From a bacterium (lineage in GTDB: Bacteria > SZUA-182 > DTGQ01 > JAFGSM01), in the NCBI GenBank assembly GCA_049472355.1, contig JBLIRP010000019.1, forward strand, positions 1 through 44,987: 44,987 bases of DNA, given 5' to 3'. Both the position numbers and the translations under genes were made by a program. Positions 19,934-28,335 of this stretch are shown piece after piece. How positions within the stretch are numbered: the first letter of the stretch is position 1; each line of letters opens with the position of its first letter. Below the pieces are notes generated by a model. That model had not been told where the DNA came from. It saw only the letters and a list, made by a program, of their open reading frames with translations, and did not search any database.

Positions 19934-20066
19934 TTATGGAATCGTAAAAAGTCGATTTTACCCTATTCAGTCATTCCGGCTTGACACTGAATCCAGTTTT
20001 TTCAATTACTTCTGGACTCAGGCCTTCAGCGGAGTGACAAGTTTGACGACTTTTTACGAGGCCATC
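19934..20066 (+). repeat. MITE-like repeat family B, copy 2
   Basis: ATGGAATCGTAAAAAGTCG ... CGACTTTTTACGAGGCCAT termini; internal GTCATTCCG...GAATCC and GGACTC...CGGAGTGAC palindromes. Confidence 0.85.
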
Positions 20067-20290
20067 TTCTTTAGAAAAGCCAGAATTCTGCCTGGTCTTT
20101 CACCCAGGTGCGCAACTTCCATCAGTTGCCGGCGGGGATCATAGTGATCTTCCTGCCGGTGTGATTGGAAAACGTCGGTCCATGCAATATAATAATATAA
20201 AAATGGAGAAATATCGCATTGTTCAGGTCTTGCCATTGTTCGAGTACGTAAAACCGAGCCATAACAATCCATAATCCGGAGGAGGATGCC

Positions 20291-20740
20291 ATGCTGAAAA
20301 GGGGCCTTTTTCATATCGCGGTCGTTTGTGCCTTCATCCTTTTTTTTGCCGTTCAGGTCTGTGCGCATTGTGAAATCCCCTGCGGGATTTACGATGATGA
20401 GATGCGGATCGCTATGATCAATGAGCACATCGCCACCGTCGAGAAGTCCATGAATCAAATCACGGCACTCGAAAAGGCAGATCATGGCCATTCCAACCAG
20501 TTGGTCCGATGGATCATGAACAAGGAGCACCATGCGGATGCAATTCAGGAGATTGTTTCACAATACTTTTTGACCCAGAGGATCAAGCCTGACACGAAGG
20601 ACTACGAAAAGAAGCTGAAGGCCCTTCATCAGATGCTGATTTACAGCATGAAATGTAAACAGACCACGGAGATAGACCATGTGAATACCTTGAAGGGCCT
20701 GGTGGAGGATTTTCAAACCCTCTATTTCGAGAAGAAATAA
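20291..20740 (+). CDS. sodN: Nickel superoxide dismutase precursor with Sec signal peptide
   Basis: Ni-hook HCEIPCGIYD directly after a hydrophobic leader ending VCA; NQLVRWIMNKEHHA and KCKQ motifs. Confidence 0.95.
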   Translation: MLKRGLFHIAVVCAFILFFAVQVCAHCEIPCGIYDDEMRIAMINEHIATVEKSMNQITALEKADHGHSNQLVRWIMNKEHHADAIQEIVSQYFLTQRIKPDTKDYEKKLKALHQMLIYSMKCKQTTEIDHVNTLKGLVEDFQTLYFEKK

Positions 20741-20759
20741 CCTCTACGAGGAGGACCGG

Positions 20760-21359
20760 ATGAGCAAGAGAAACAAACAGGTGATACTGATCGCCCAGTG
20801 TCTGGTCAATCCCTATTGCAGGGTGCACATCCTGGGCCAGAATTTCCCTTTGTCGCATGAATTGACGAATTTTCTGATGGAGAAACGGATCGGCATCATC
20901 CAGTACCCCTGTCCGGAAACAACGGCCATGGGGCTCATGCGGAATCCCCAGGGGCGTCAGCAGTATGACAACGTGTTTTTTCGGAACCACTGCAAGGAGC
21001 TTCTCCGGATACCCATGTTGATGGTAAGGGAATTCTTGAAAAACAAGTACCATCTCGTGTGTTATATCGGTCTGGAAAACAGCCCTACATGCGGGATACA
21101 CTGGGGGAGGCACAAAATCAACAGGTATCAGACGGAGTCCCCCAATCCGGTGGATCAGCCGGACCCGAACGACCCTGTCTTGATGGGCATCATGGCGGAG
21201 ATCCTGTCCGAGGAGTTTGGGGCGGACAACATCAGGGTGCCTTTTCTGGAATTTCCAACCAAATCCCAGCCGGATTCCAGGGAGCGAAGAAAGTTTTGGG
21301 AGGACCTGGACAACGCGATCATGGCGGCTCGTCAGGAAAAAAGAGGGGACCCTGAATAG
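20760..21359 (+). CDS. DUF523/TudS-related (CD3072-like) putative Fe-S desulfidase
   Basis: KQVILIAQCLVN, IGIIQYPCPE...GL.R, QYDN, and SPTCG cysteine motifs. Confidence 0.8.
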   Translation: MSKRNKQVILIAQCLVNPYCRVHILGQNFPLSHELTNFLMEKRIGIIQYPCPETTAMGLMRNPQGRQQYDNVFFRNHCKELLRIPMLMVREFLKNKYHLVCYIGLENSPTCGIHWGRHKINRYQTESPNPVDQPDPNDPVLMGIMAEILSEEFGADNIRVPFLEFPTKSQPDSRERRKFWEDLDNAIMAARQEKRGDPE

Positions 21360-21441
21360 GCCGCAGCGAGGTATAACAAGGATGCTACGTATCTGCGGGT
21401 ATGATCATGAAAGGCATGATCATAAACTCGCCTTTCTGGAT

Positions 21442-21686
21442 AAACCCTCATGCCACGTTGTGGCACCACGAAGCATGAAAATTTGATTATATTCTTGGAT
21501 CAAACCCTCATGCCGCTTCGCGGCGCCACGAAGAATGAAAATGCTATATTTTCAGATGAATACAGGATATTTTCGAGACAAACCCTCATGCCGCTTTAGC
21601 GGCGCCACGAAGGATGAAAATATAATTTTCAATAGGATATGTGATATTTTCGGAGCAAAAACTGTCAATTCAAGACCTGACCCCAA
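21442..21686 (-). repeat. REP-like repeat family A, copy 3 (three palindromic units plus end motif, inverted)
   Basis: AAACCCTCATGCC...CCACGAAG.ATGAAAAT units at 21442, 21502 and 21580, then AAAAACTGTCAATTCAAGACCTGACCCCAA. Confidence 0.9.
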
Positions 21687-21786
21687 GCCACTGAGAAAGG
21701 TGGTGGTATAAATAAAGACATTGATATTAATATGTCAAGAGCTTATGGCGCATCGTATCAACCTCTTATAAACCATGGAGCAAGCT

Positions 21787-22527
21787 ATGAAAAAATCCCA
21801 AAGATTACGTATATTATTATTTACGATACTGATAGTATTTGCAGGAATAAGTAGAGCTAATGCTGATTCTATCCTTTACTTTAATGATTATTGTTTTGGG
21901 ACTGATCAAATGGGTGAGGCACTGAAAGCCCTATCAGGCACTCATACAGCAACCCAAGTTTCTACTTCTTCTGATTTTGCAAGTTTAATAGCAACGGGTG
22001 ACTTTGATTTGGGTATTATGATGATTCAAGACTCTTGGTCAGATAATTATTCAGATGGTATTTATGCCTTGAGTAATTTTGTTAACAACGAAGGAGGAAG
22101 GGCCATCTACACAGATTGGAGTATGGATAATACCTATGCAGCCCTGTTTGATGCTCAGTGGACAGGGGCTGTTAATGACGGGCAGATCACCGTCACCCAT
22201 CCTCAAATGAGCAATGGTATTTCCAACCCAATTTCAATTTATAGTTCGGGATGGGGGGTATTTTCAATGGACGTTGATGGACCCGAACTTGCAGCCTACT
22301 TTAGTAATGGTGCCGGAGCCATTTCCATAGGCAATGGTCAGCGCAGCATCGTCAATGGATTTTTAACTGATACGTTTGTCGATGGGGGTCAAGGCGTGCA
22401 ACTTTATATTAATCAGGTTGGTTATCTAATCGAAACCAAGCCCGTTCCAGAACCCGGTACTATATTTTTGTTGGTTTCAGGGTGTTTGGGGCTTATTGGT
22501 ATCAAAAGAATATCTCTTATTTGTTAG
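21787..22527 (+). CDS. PEP-CTERM sorting-domain protein
   Basis: Signal peptide; C-terminal KPVPEPGTIFLLVSGCLGLIGIKR; AT-rich. Alternative start at 21775. Confidence 0.9.
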   Translation: MKKSQRLRILLFTILIVFAGISRANADSILYFNDYCFGTDQMGEALKALSGTHTATQVSTSSDFASLIATGDFDLGIMMIQDSWSDNYSDGIYALSNFVNNEGGRAIYTDWSMDNTYAALFDAQWTGAVNDGQITVTHPQMSNGISNPISIYSSGWGVFSMDVDGPELAAYFSNGAGAISIGNGQRSIVNGFLTDTFVDGGQGVQLYINQVGYLIETKPVPEPGTIFLLVSGCLGLIGIKRISLIC

Positions 22528-22626
22528 GCCTACTGAAAAGTTTAAGACTTATATACGTTCACCATCGGCTATTTTGAGTTTTTGTTTGTTTGCGTTTCAC
22601 CTTTATCAGCATGGATCATCGAGGGC

Positions 22627-23172
22627 TTAAGCTCGCTTCAGATTAAAACCGGCGATCATCAAGATGAGGGAGGCCAGCAAGGCAATTCCGTATCCTTTCA
22701 TCTGGTAGTTCACTGAGAGAACCTTCTTCTTCTCAAGCGTGGATACATCCTTGGAAATCCAGCCTGGCTTCTCCCAGTCCGTCCCCTCGACATACCACCA
22801 TCCTTCCGATTCACCCTTCCTGGTGAGCTGCTCACCATTGGTGACCTGCTCAATAACTTGAGTCTTGGTCGTATTACTTTCGCGTATATTGGCTCGTGTC
22901 CCCGTTACCAGAATGAATTCACTATTTGATACCGAGAAGTCGATGGCATCCTTGCTTGCAAGAAAAATGACCCCAATGGCTGCACACAAGCTTACCAGAA
23001 TAAATAATTTTCCCAGTAACGTGGATCTCTTGAAATGGTGCCAGAATGCACCAAGGGTACGTAAATAGATTCCTTTGAGGAATTTACCCAACAGGATAAT
23101 GGTGTACACGGCCCCTTGTTGGGTAGACTTCACTGCTATTTGTGCATCATGAAATCCGCTTTCTTCCTGCAT
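22627..23172 (-). CDS. Membrane protein with bacterial SH3 domain
   Basis: GGAGG RBS; TM segment; VTGTRANIRES...VIEQVTNGEQL...EGWWYV...GWIS; C-terminal TM. Confidence 0.85.
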   Translation of the reverse strand: MQEESGFHDAQIAVKSTQQGAVYTIILLGKFLKGIYLRTLGAFWHHFKRSTLLGKLFILVSLCAAIGVIFLASKDAIDFSVSNSEFILVTGTRANIRESNTTKTQVIEQVTNGEQLTRKGESEGWWYVEGTDWEKPGWISKDVSTLEKKKVLSVNYQMKGYGIALLASLILMIAGFNLKRA

Positions 23173-23372
23173 GGTTAACCTCCTTTTGAATAATGATGAT
23201 TTTGGCCTCGTAAAAAAACATGGCTTCAAACAGACATCGATGTGATATCTGACAAGCCTTTTCTAAAAAAATTCATGCAGGCCACAGTTTTCTGATGGAT
23301 CATGCAGTATCCTTTTTTCAGACGTTCTTACAGCATGTATGTATCACCATATATACATATCGGATATTTTAC

Positions 23373-23456
23373 ATAGAGATCTTGGCCAAAGGGGAGAAGA
23401 GCAAGGCCCGGGTGACCGATGCCCTGGGTAAAGGATGCGGGGCATGCGCCGCGGCG
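23373..23456 (+). pseudogene. Fragment of a 4Fe-4S ferredoxin-like domain (HdrA C-terminus-like)
   Basis: GC-rich patch translating IEILAKGEKSKARVTDALGKGCGACAAA, similar to the A.V.EALCKGCGACAAACP motif with two Cys lost. Confidence 0.5.
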
Positions 23457-23704
23457 CAGAAGGATATGAGGCTCCCTCTTTTCTTCCGTTGAATTCGCAA
23501 AGATCGTTTGAAGTATTTCTTTTTTTTTCCCGATAAAAAAAACAAGGGATTCATAAATCCAGCAGCCATGTCTTAAAAATCAATCTTGGGGTAACCAATT
23601 GTGCAGTGGCGATATATTCGGCAGCAAAGGCCGCAATCATTTCTACTTAAAAATTATTTTAAGGGAAATAAAAAAACACTGAACCAATGAAAGGGAGGCA
23701 TAGA

Positions 23705-25378
23705 ATGGCCGGTATCGTTGAAAAAACCAGCAGTTATGTCTTAGGGATCGATCTGGGGACGACGAATTGTGCAGTGGGGATATACAAAGCAGGAAAGACT
23801 GAAATTATTTCCATCGACGGCGCCAAGACCATGCCGTCTGTAATGTCTGTCCTAAAAGATGGCGAGATTCTCGTTGGAACCCAGGCAAGGTCTCGCAGTA
23901 TAATTGCGCCGGAAAGTACCGTCTCATCCATAAAACGGCACATGGCGACAGACTGGACAAAGGAGTTTGAGGGGATCCCAGGGAAGGTCTTTACACCAGT
24001 GGATGTTTCATCTGAAATTCTCTTGAAATTGATCAATGGTGCCCTACAGAATGAAACGATCGATCTCGGGGGCACCCCAAGGTATGCGGTTATTTGTGTT
24101 CCCGCAAACTTCAATGATGCACAAAAGAAGGCTACTCAAATGGCTGCGGAACTCGCTCATCTTGAGGTTTTGACCCTGTTGGAAGAGCCGATAGCCGCTG
24201 CATATGCATACGCTATTGAAAAAGAGCGGGTTCAGACGGTTCTGGTCTATGACCTTGGTGGCGGTACTTTTGATGTTTCCATCCTTGAAGTCAACTCGAG
24301 TGGAAATGCAAATAAAAAGTTTAAAGTTCTTGCCAAGGAAGGTATTCAAGAACTGGGAGGAGATGATTTTGACCAAAGGCTTATGAAAATAGTGGCTGAC
24401 AAGTTTGCTGAGGAATCCGCTATCGATATTCTTGATCTAAGTAAGGACCAGGGAATCAGCGCCAAAAAGGCCAGAGAAGCTCAACAAAAACTGCTTGAGG
24501 CAGTAATTGCCGCAAAGCACGAACTTTCCGAATCAACCAATACCTCAATAGATATACCCAACTTCATCCAGGATGAGAGCGGGAAATCTTACCACATAGA
24601 CAATTTGGAGATCACCAGGGAACAATTCAATGAAGAAATTCGTGACCTGATACTTCAAACCAAAGGGTCGGTTGAAAAGGCTCTAAGCGCTGCAAAACTT
24701 GGGATTGAAGATATTGATCGGATCATCCTTGTCGGCGGTTCCACCAAGATCCCACTGGTACGAGAAATGTTGCATGAAATATTCGGAAGAGAACCTTATT
24801 CCGATACAGATCCGGATACTGCAATAGCTCGAGGCGGCGCCATACTCGGGGCTACAATGATGTTGCCGGATCCGGAATTGGAACGCCCCGAAGAAGACAC
24901 GGCTGATTTTGTGATCGACATCGATAATATTGTCACTCACAATCTGGGTATAGAAGTTGTTGGAGGCAAGTTCAGTTGCCTGATACCAAAGGGTACTCAG
25001 ATACCCGAGGACGGCCCCGCCAGTGCCGGCAAAGAATATACAACGCCGCTGGACAATCTGACGGAGTTGGCTATTGTGGTGTTTCAGTCCTCTGAAGATG
25101 TTGAATATGTATCATCTGATGGCACCAAGTGCATCGGTGAATTCTTTCTCAAGGGAATTCCGCCGAAACCGAGAGGTCAAGAACGTATACATGTTGAATT
25201 TGAGATCGACAGCCAAAATCTATTGAAAGTAAAGGCAACGAGCTCCAGCTCATCAGGTGAGCTTGAAATCCGCGAATCCAACATGATCGATAGACAACAG
25301 AGGATTATGCCGGAGGACGATAGACAGGAACAAGTCAGCGAAGAACTAGAGGAAGAACCAGAGAAGGTTATGGCATAA
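23705..25378 (+). CDS. Hsp70/DnaK-like protein 1 (NBD + SBD-beta, no helical lid)
   Basis: GIDLGTTN, VPANFNDAQKKAT, EEPIAAA, YDLGGGTFDVS, LGGDDFD, LVGGSTKIP, GIPPKPRGQERIHVEFEID; GGGAGG RBS. Alternative start at 23687. Confidence 0.95.
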   Translation: MAGIVEKTSSYVLGIDLGTTNCAVGIYKAGKTEIISIDGAKTMPSVMSVLKDGEILVGTQARSRSIIAPESTVSSIKRHMATDWTKEFEGIPGKVFTPVDVSSEILLKLINGALQNETIDLGGTPRYAVICVPANFNDAQKKATQMAAELAHLEVLTLLEEPIAAAYAYAIEKERVQTVLVYDLGGGTFDVSILEVNSSGNANKKFKVLAKEGIQELGGDDFDQRLMKIVADKFAEESAIDILDLSKDQGISAKKAREAQQKLLEAVIAAKHELSESTNTSIDIPNFIQDESGKSYHIDNLEITREQFNEEIRDLILQTKGSVEKALSAAKLGIEDIDRIILVGGSTKIPLVREMLHEIFGREPYSDTDPDTAIARGGAILGATMMLPDPELERPEEDTADFVIDIDNIVTHNLGIEVVGGKFSCLIPKGTQIPEDGPASAGKEYTTPLDNLTELAIVVFQSSEDVEYVSSDGTKCIGEFFLKGIPPKPRGQERIHVEFEIDSQNLLKVKATSSSSSGELEIRESNMIDRQQRIMPEDDRQEQVSEELEEEPEKVMA

Positions 25379-25427
25379 TATGATTTGTTGAGCCTGGTTC
25401 GCCTGCAATTCCTCGCGGCCTTTTTTA

Positions 25428-25474
25428 CTCCGCGTGGCCTCCCGCCCCAAAGGTGCGGGAGGCCACGTTCGGAG
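25428..25474. other. Strong intergenic hairpin between Hsp70-1 and the GrpE-like gene
   Basis: CGTGGCCTCCCGC-9nt-GCGGGAGGCCACG is a perfect 13-bp stem, extended by CTCCG/CGGAG. Confidence 0.75.
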
Positions 25475-25579
25475 AATGTGGAATCGGTTCAGGATTTTGT
25501 GCTTCGAAGTAACTTTATATATATCTATACATGGAACATTGAATGCAAGGATCGAAGCCCTTAAGGAGGAATTGGAAAA

Positions 25580-26719
25580 TTGGAAAATTGGGATGACAGG
25601 ATCAGTCGCCTTGAGGAAAAGACCACATCTTCCGAAGAACAGGGAGAAGCAATACCGGACTCTAAGGAAGCGAGAATAGAAAAGGTCGAGCAATGTCAGA
25701 GGGGACTTGAAGACCGGCTCAATGAGCTGGAAACAAAATTTGACGAAGTTTGCTCGCACCTGAAACAGATGGGCTCACCATCCCCTCCTGTGAAGGCCGA
25801 TCCGGCTGATGAAGAGATAGTCCTCAAAGAACCTGACCTGGATATCCAGGGCCTCATCACTCAGGCAAAGGCCAAAGAACAGGAAAGTCTTAAAGAAGAC
25901 AGAGAGAGTATTGAGCTGGGTCTAAAGAATGCCGGGTTTTGGCTTGATCGTGGGGAAAGATTGAAGGCCCTGATCAAAGAGTTGGCAAACCCTGTCGATG
26001 AAGCCATAGCAAACAGCAACAGAATCCTGGTACGCCTCCCGGAGGAACTCAAGACAAATCTGGAAAGCAGCCAGCAGGGACTCAACATTATTGGGAGGAT
26101 GCTGCAAGGCTTGGTTGAGCAGGATGATCGACTGAAAAGACTGGTAGAGAGAATTGAATTGGCTGACAATGTAAGGGAGCTTGAGGATGATGAATGGAGA
26201 GAACTTCTGCACGGTGAAACCGATGAGCGGTCAGCACAAGAAAAGATCAACGAGAAGCTGGATGCTATTGGAAGGTCAAACTACAGACTTGTATCCAAAG
26301 CAGGTGAACTCGCTGAAAAAAAACAAAAGATATGGCTTGATTTCATCGTAAAACAGATCCTCCCTATTTTTGATGGTATTAACGATGGAAAGAAGCATAC
26401 CTCGATTCTGATCGATGAATTAATGGAGCGATTTCAGGAATCGGAATCTGAATTGCGTGAATGGTTTGATACCTATGCGACGCTGAGCAGAATGATTTCG
26501 ACCGTGCTGAATGATGTCGGCGTTTACCGGATGGACGTAGAGCCTGGTATGATGATCGATTTTGAGCGCCATGAACCCTCTTTGGTTGAGGCCGATTCCG
26601 AGATGGAAAACGAACAAATCAAAGAAATCGGCAGGGACGGGTATGAGTACGTTAATCAGAATGGAAACCGGCAGACGCTTCGCCTTGCACGTGTGGTTGT
26701 TGTCAAGAATAACGATTAA
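25580..26719 (+). CDS. grpE: Long GrpE-like nucleotide exchange factor with extended coiled coil
   Basis: C-terminal ILPIFDGI...VGVYRMDVEPGMMIDFERHEP...EIGRDGY...LRLARVVVVK matches the GrpE fold pattern; 379 aa; start uncertain. Confidence 0.85.
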   Translation: MENWDDRISRLEEKTTSSEEQGEAIPDSKEARIEKVEQCQRGLEDRLNELETKFDEVCSHLKQMGSPSPPVKADPADEEIVLKEPDLDIQGLITQAKAKEQESLKEDRESIELGLKNAGFWLDRGERLKALIKELANPVDEAIANSNRILVRLPEELKTNLESSQQGLNIIGRMLQGLVEQDDRLKRLVERIELADNVRELEDDEWRELLHGETDERSAQEKINEKLDAIGRSNYRLVSKAGELAEKKQKIWLDFIVKQILPIFDGINDGKKHTSILIDELMERFQESESELREWFDTYATLSRMISTVLNDVGVYRMDVEPGMMIDFERHEPSLVEADSEMENEQIKEIGRDGYEYVNQNGNRQTLRLARVVVVKNND

Positions 26720-26800
26720 AAAATCAAAATGGTCAGACGTAACAGGAAAGTCCGGCATCAATAAATGAAACAGCTCTAAGGAGCTGCCAGGAGATATCGT

Positions 26801-28300
26801 ATGGCGGTTGATAACGAAACCAATCCGGTATTAGGCTTTGATTTAGGCACAACCTTCAGTGCACTGGCCAGGTGGGTAGACAGGAAAGGACCTCAAATCA
26901 TCCAAAACAGGTCCGGGCAGGATACAACGCAATCGGTCGTCTACTATAACCCTGGAAATGAAGAAATTCTGGTCGGCAATATAGCATATAACAGGGGACT
27001 TATGGAGCCGGAAAACATGATCGTCGGTGTGAAACGGCTCATGGATGATGGCAGTCAGAAGGTCGTGCTTGGAGGTAAGGAATTTACTCCCATCCAGCTC
27101 TCTTCTTTGATTTTAGAGAAGATATATGAAGATGCGAGGATGAAATATCCAAAAGGTGCCTTTAAAAGCCGTGGCAGTGTCGTCACCGTTCCATGCTATT
27201 TCAAGGCGCATCAGATGGATAATACCCGCAAGGCGGCTGACATGACGGATATTAATTGTATTGGAATTATTCAAGAGCCCGTTGCCGCTTCTCTTTCCTA
27301 TGCCCTGCAAATCTGTGAGGATCATTTTGACAAGGAGTTCAGCCAGAAAATTCTCGTCTTTGATCTTGGGGGCGGCACCCTTGACATTACATTGTTTCAA
27401 CTTGAGCATACCAATGACACAATATATTTTGAGGTCCTTGCCAGCAACGGCGATGACAGGCTGGGTGGGATGGACTTCGATCGATGTCTTGCAGATCTTA
27501 TTTTGAAAAAAAGTCGTGTTTCTTTAGATGGTGTTGAACCAAAACTGTTCAATAAGGCGCAAAGGAACCTGCTTGAACAGTCAACATTGGCCAAAATCGC
27601 ATTGACTGCCTCTAATGATTACTATGTGGCCATTCCGTTTATACTTCCTGATAAACACATCGAGGTTTCGGTTACCCGTGAAGAATTCGCAAGATGCATA
27701 AAACACTATTTAAATAAGATTTCAGGTATTATTGATAGTCTTTGGGCCACTTCCAAACTAAGACCTTCTGATATTGATCGCGTTATTCGAGTCGGCGGCT
27801 CAAGCCAGATACCATGCATGAAAAAACTGCTGGATGATATCCTGGGCGCTGAAAAAACATGGAGTAATATAAACCCCTCTACGAGTATTGCTGAAGGGGC
27901 GGCAATGTACGCCGCCTATCTTGACAATACCGGTTTTTTCAACAAAAAGATCGATATTCGAACCCGCACCACGCATGCCATGGGAGTCAAAACATCCGGG
28001 AACACGTTCATAGATCTTATTCCTGCAAATCGCCAGACGCCTTGCTCTGCCAAACAAGTGTTCACCACCGCCCAGGATAACCTCAAAAAACTGACCATCG
28101 AAGTCTATCAGGGATCAGGCAAAAAGGTCTCAGAAAAGACCCATTCTCTGATTGGAAAGATACCCATTGATAACCTGCCCCCGAAACGGGCCGGTGAAGT
28201 CGATATCGTCGTCACGTTCTCAATAGATTCTGCACAGATATTGTCGATAACCGTCGAGGTCGAAGGTCAGAAAAAATCGGCAGTTCTTGATTATACCTGA
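26801..28300 (+). CDS. Hsp70/DnaK-like protein 2 (499 aa, no lid)
   Basis: GFDLGTTFS, VTVPCYF, QEPVAAS, FDLGGGTLDIT, LGGMDFD, VGGSSQIP, FTTAQDN...LPPKRAGEV. Confidence 0.95.
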   Translation: MAVDNETNPVLGFDLGTTFSALARWVDRKGPQIIQNRSGQDTTQSVVYYNPGNEEILVGNIAYNRGLMEPENMIVGVKRLMDDGSQKVVLGGKEFTPIQLSSLILEKIYEDARMKYPKGAFKSRGSVVTVPCYFKAHQMDNTRKAADMTDINCIGIIQEPVAASLSYALQICEDHFDKEFSQKILVFDLGGGTLDITLFQLEHTNDTIYFEVLASNGDDRLGGMDFDRCLADLILKKSRVSLDGVEPKLFNKAQRNLLEQSTLAKIALTASNDYYVAIPFILPDKHIEVSVTREEFARCIKHYLNKISGIIDSLWATSKLRPSDIDRVIRVGGSSQIPCMKKLLDDILGAEKTWSNINPSTSIAEGAAMYAAYLDNTGFFNKKIDIRTRTTHAMGVKTSGNTFIDLIPANRQTPCSAKQVFTTAQDNLKKLTIEVYQGSGKKVSEKTHSLIGKIPIDNLPPKRAGEVDIVVTFSIDSAQILSITVEVEGQKKSAVLDYT

Positions 28301-28335
28301 TCCTATGTTAATGTTGTAAGAAAAGGGAGAATGCC

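Noticed and set aside
21442..21686. Palindromic units spaced 60-78 bp, resembling a mini CRISPR array (also 18050-18169)
   Set aside because: Only 2-3 units, the intervening sequences are homologous between loci rather than unique spacers, and no cas genes are present.
23460..23704. Canonical dnaK heat-shock operon with CIRCE
   Set aside because: No TTAGCACTC-N9-GAGTGCTAA, no hrcA or dnaJ, and the Hsp70s lack lid and canonical linker.
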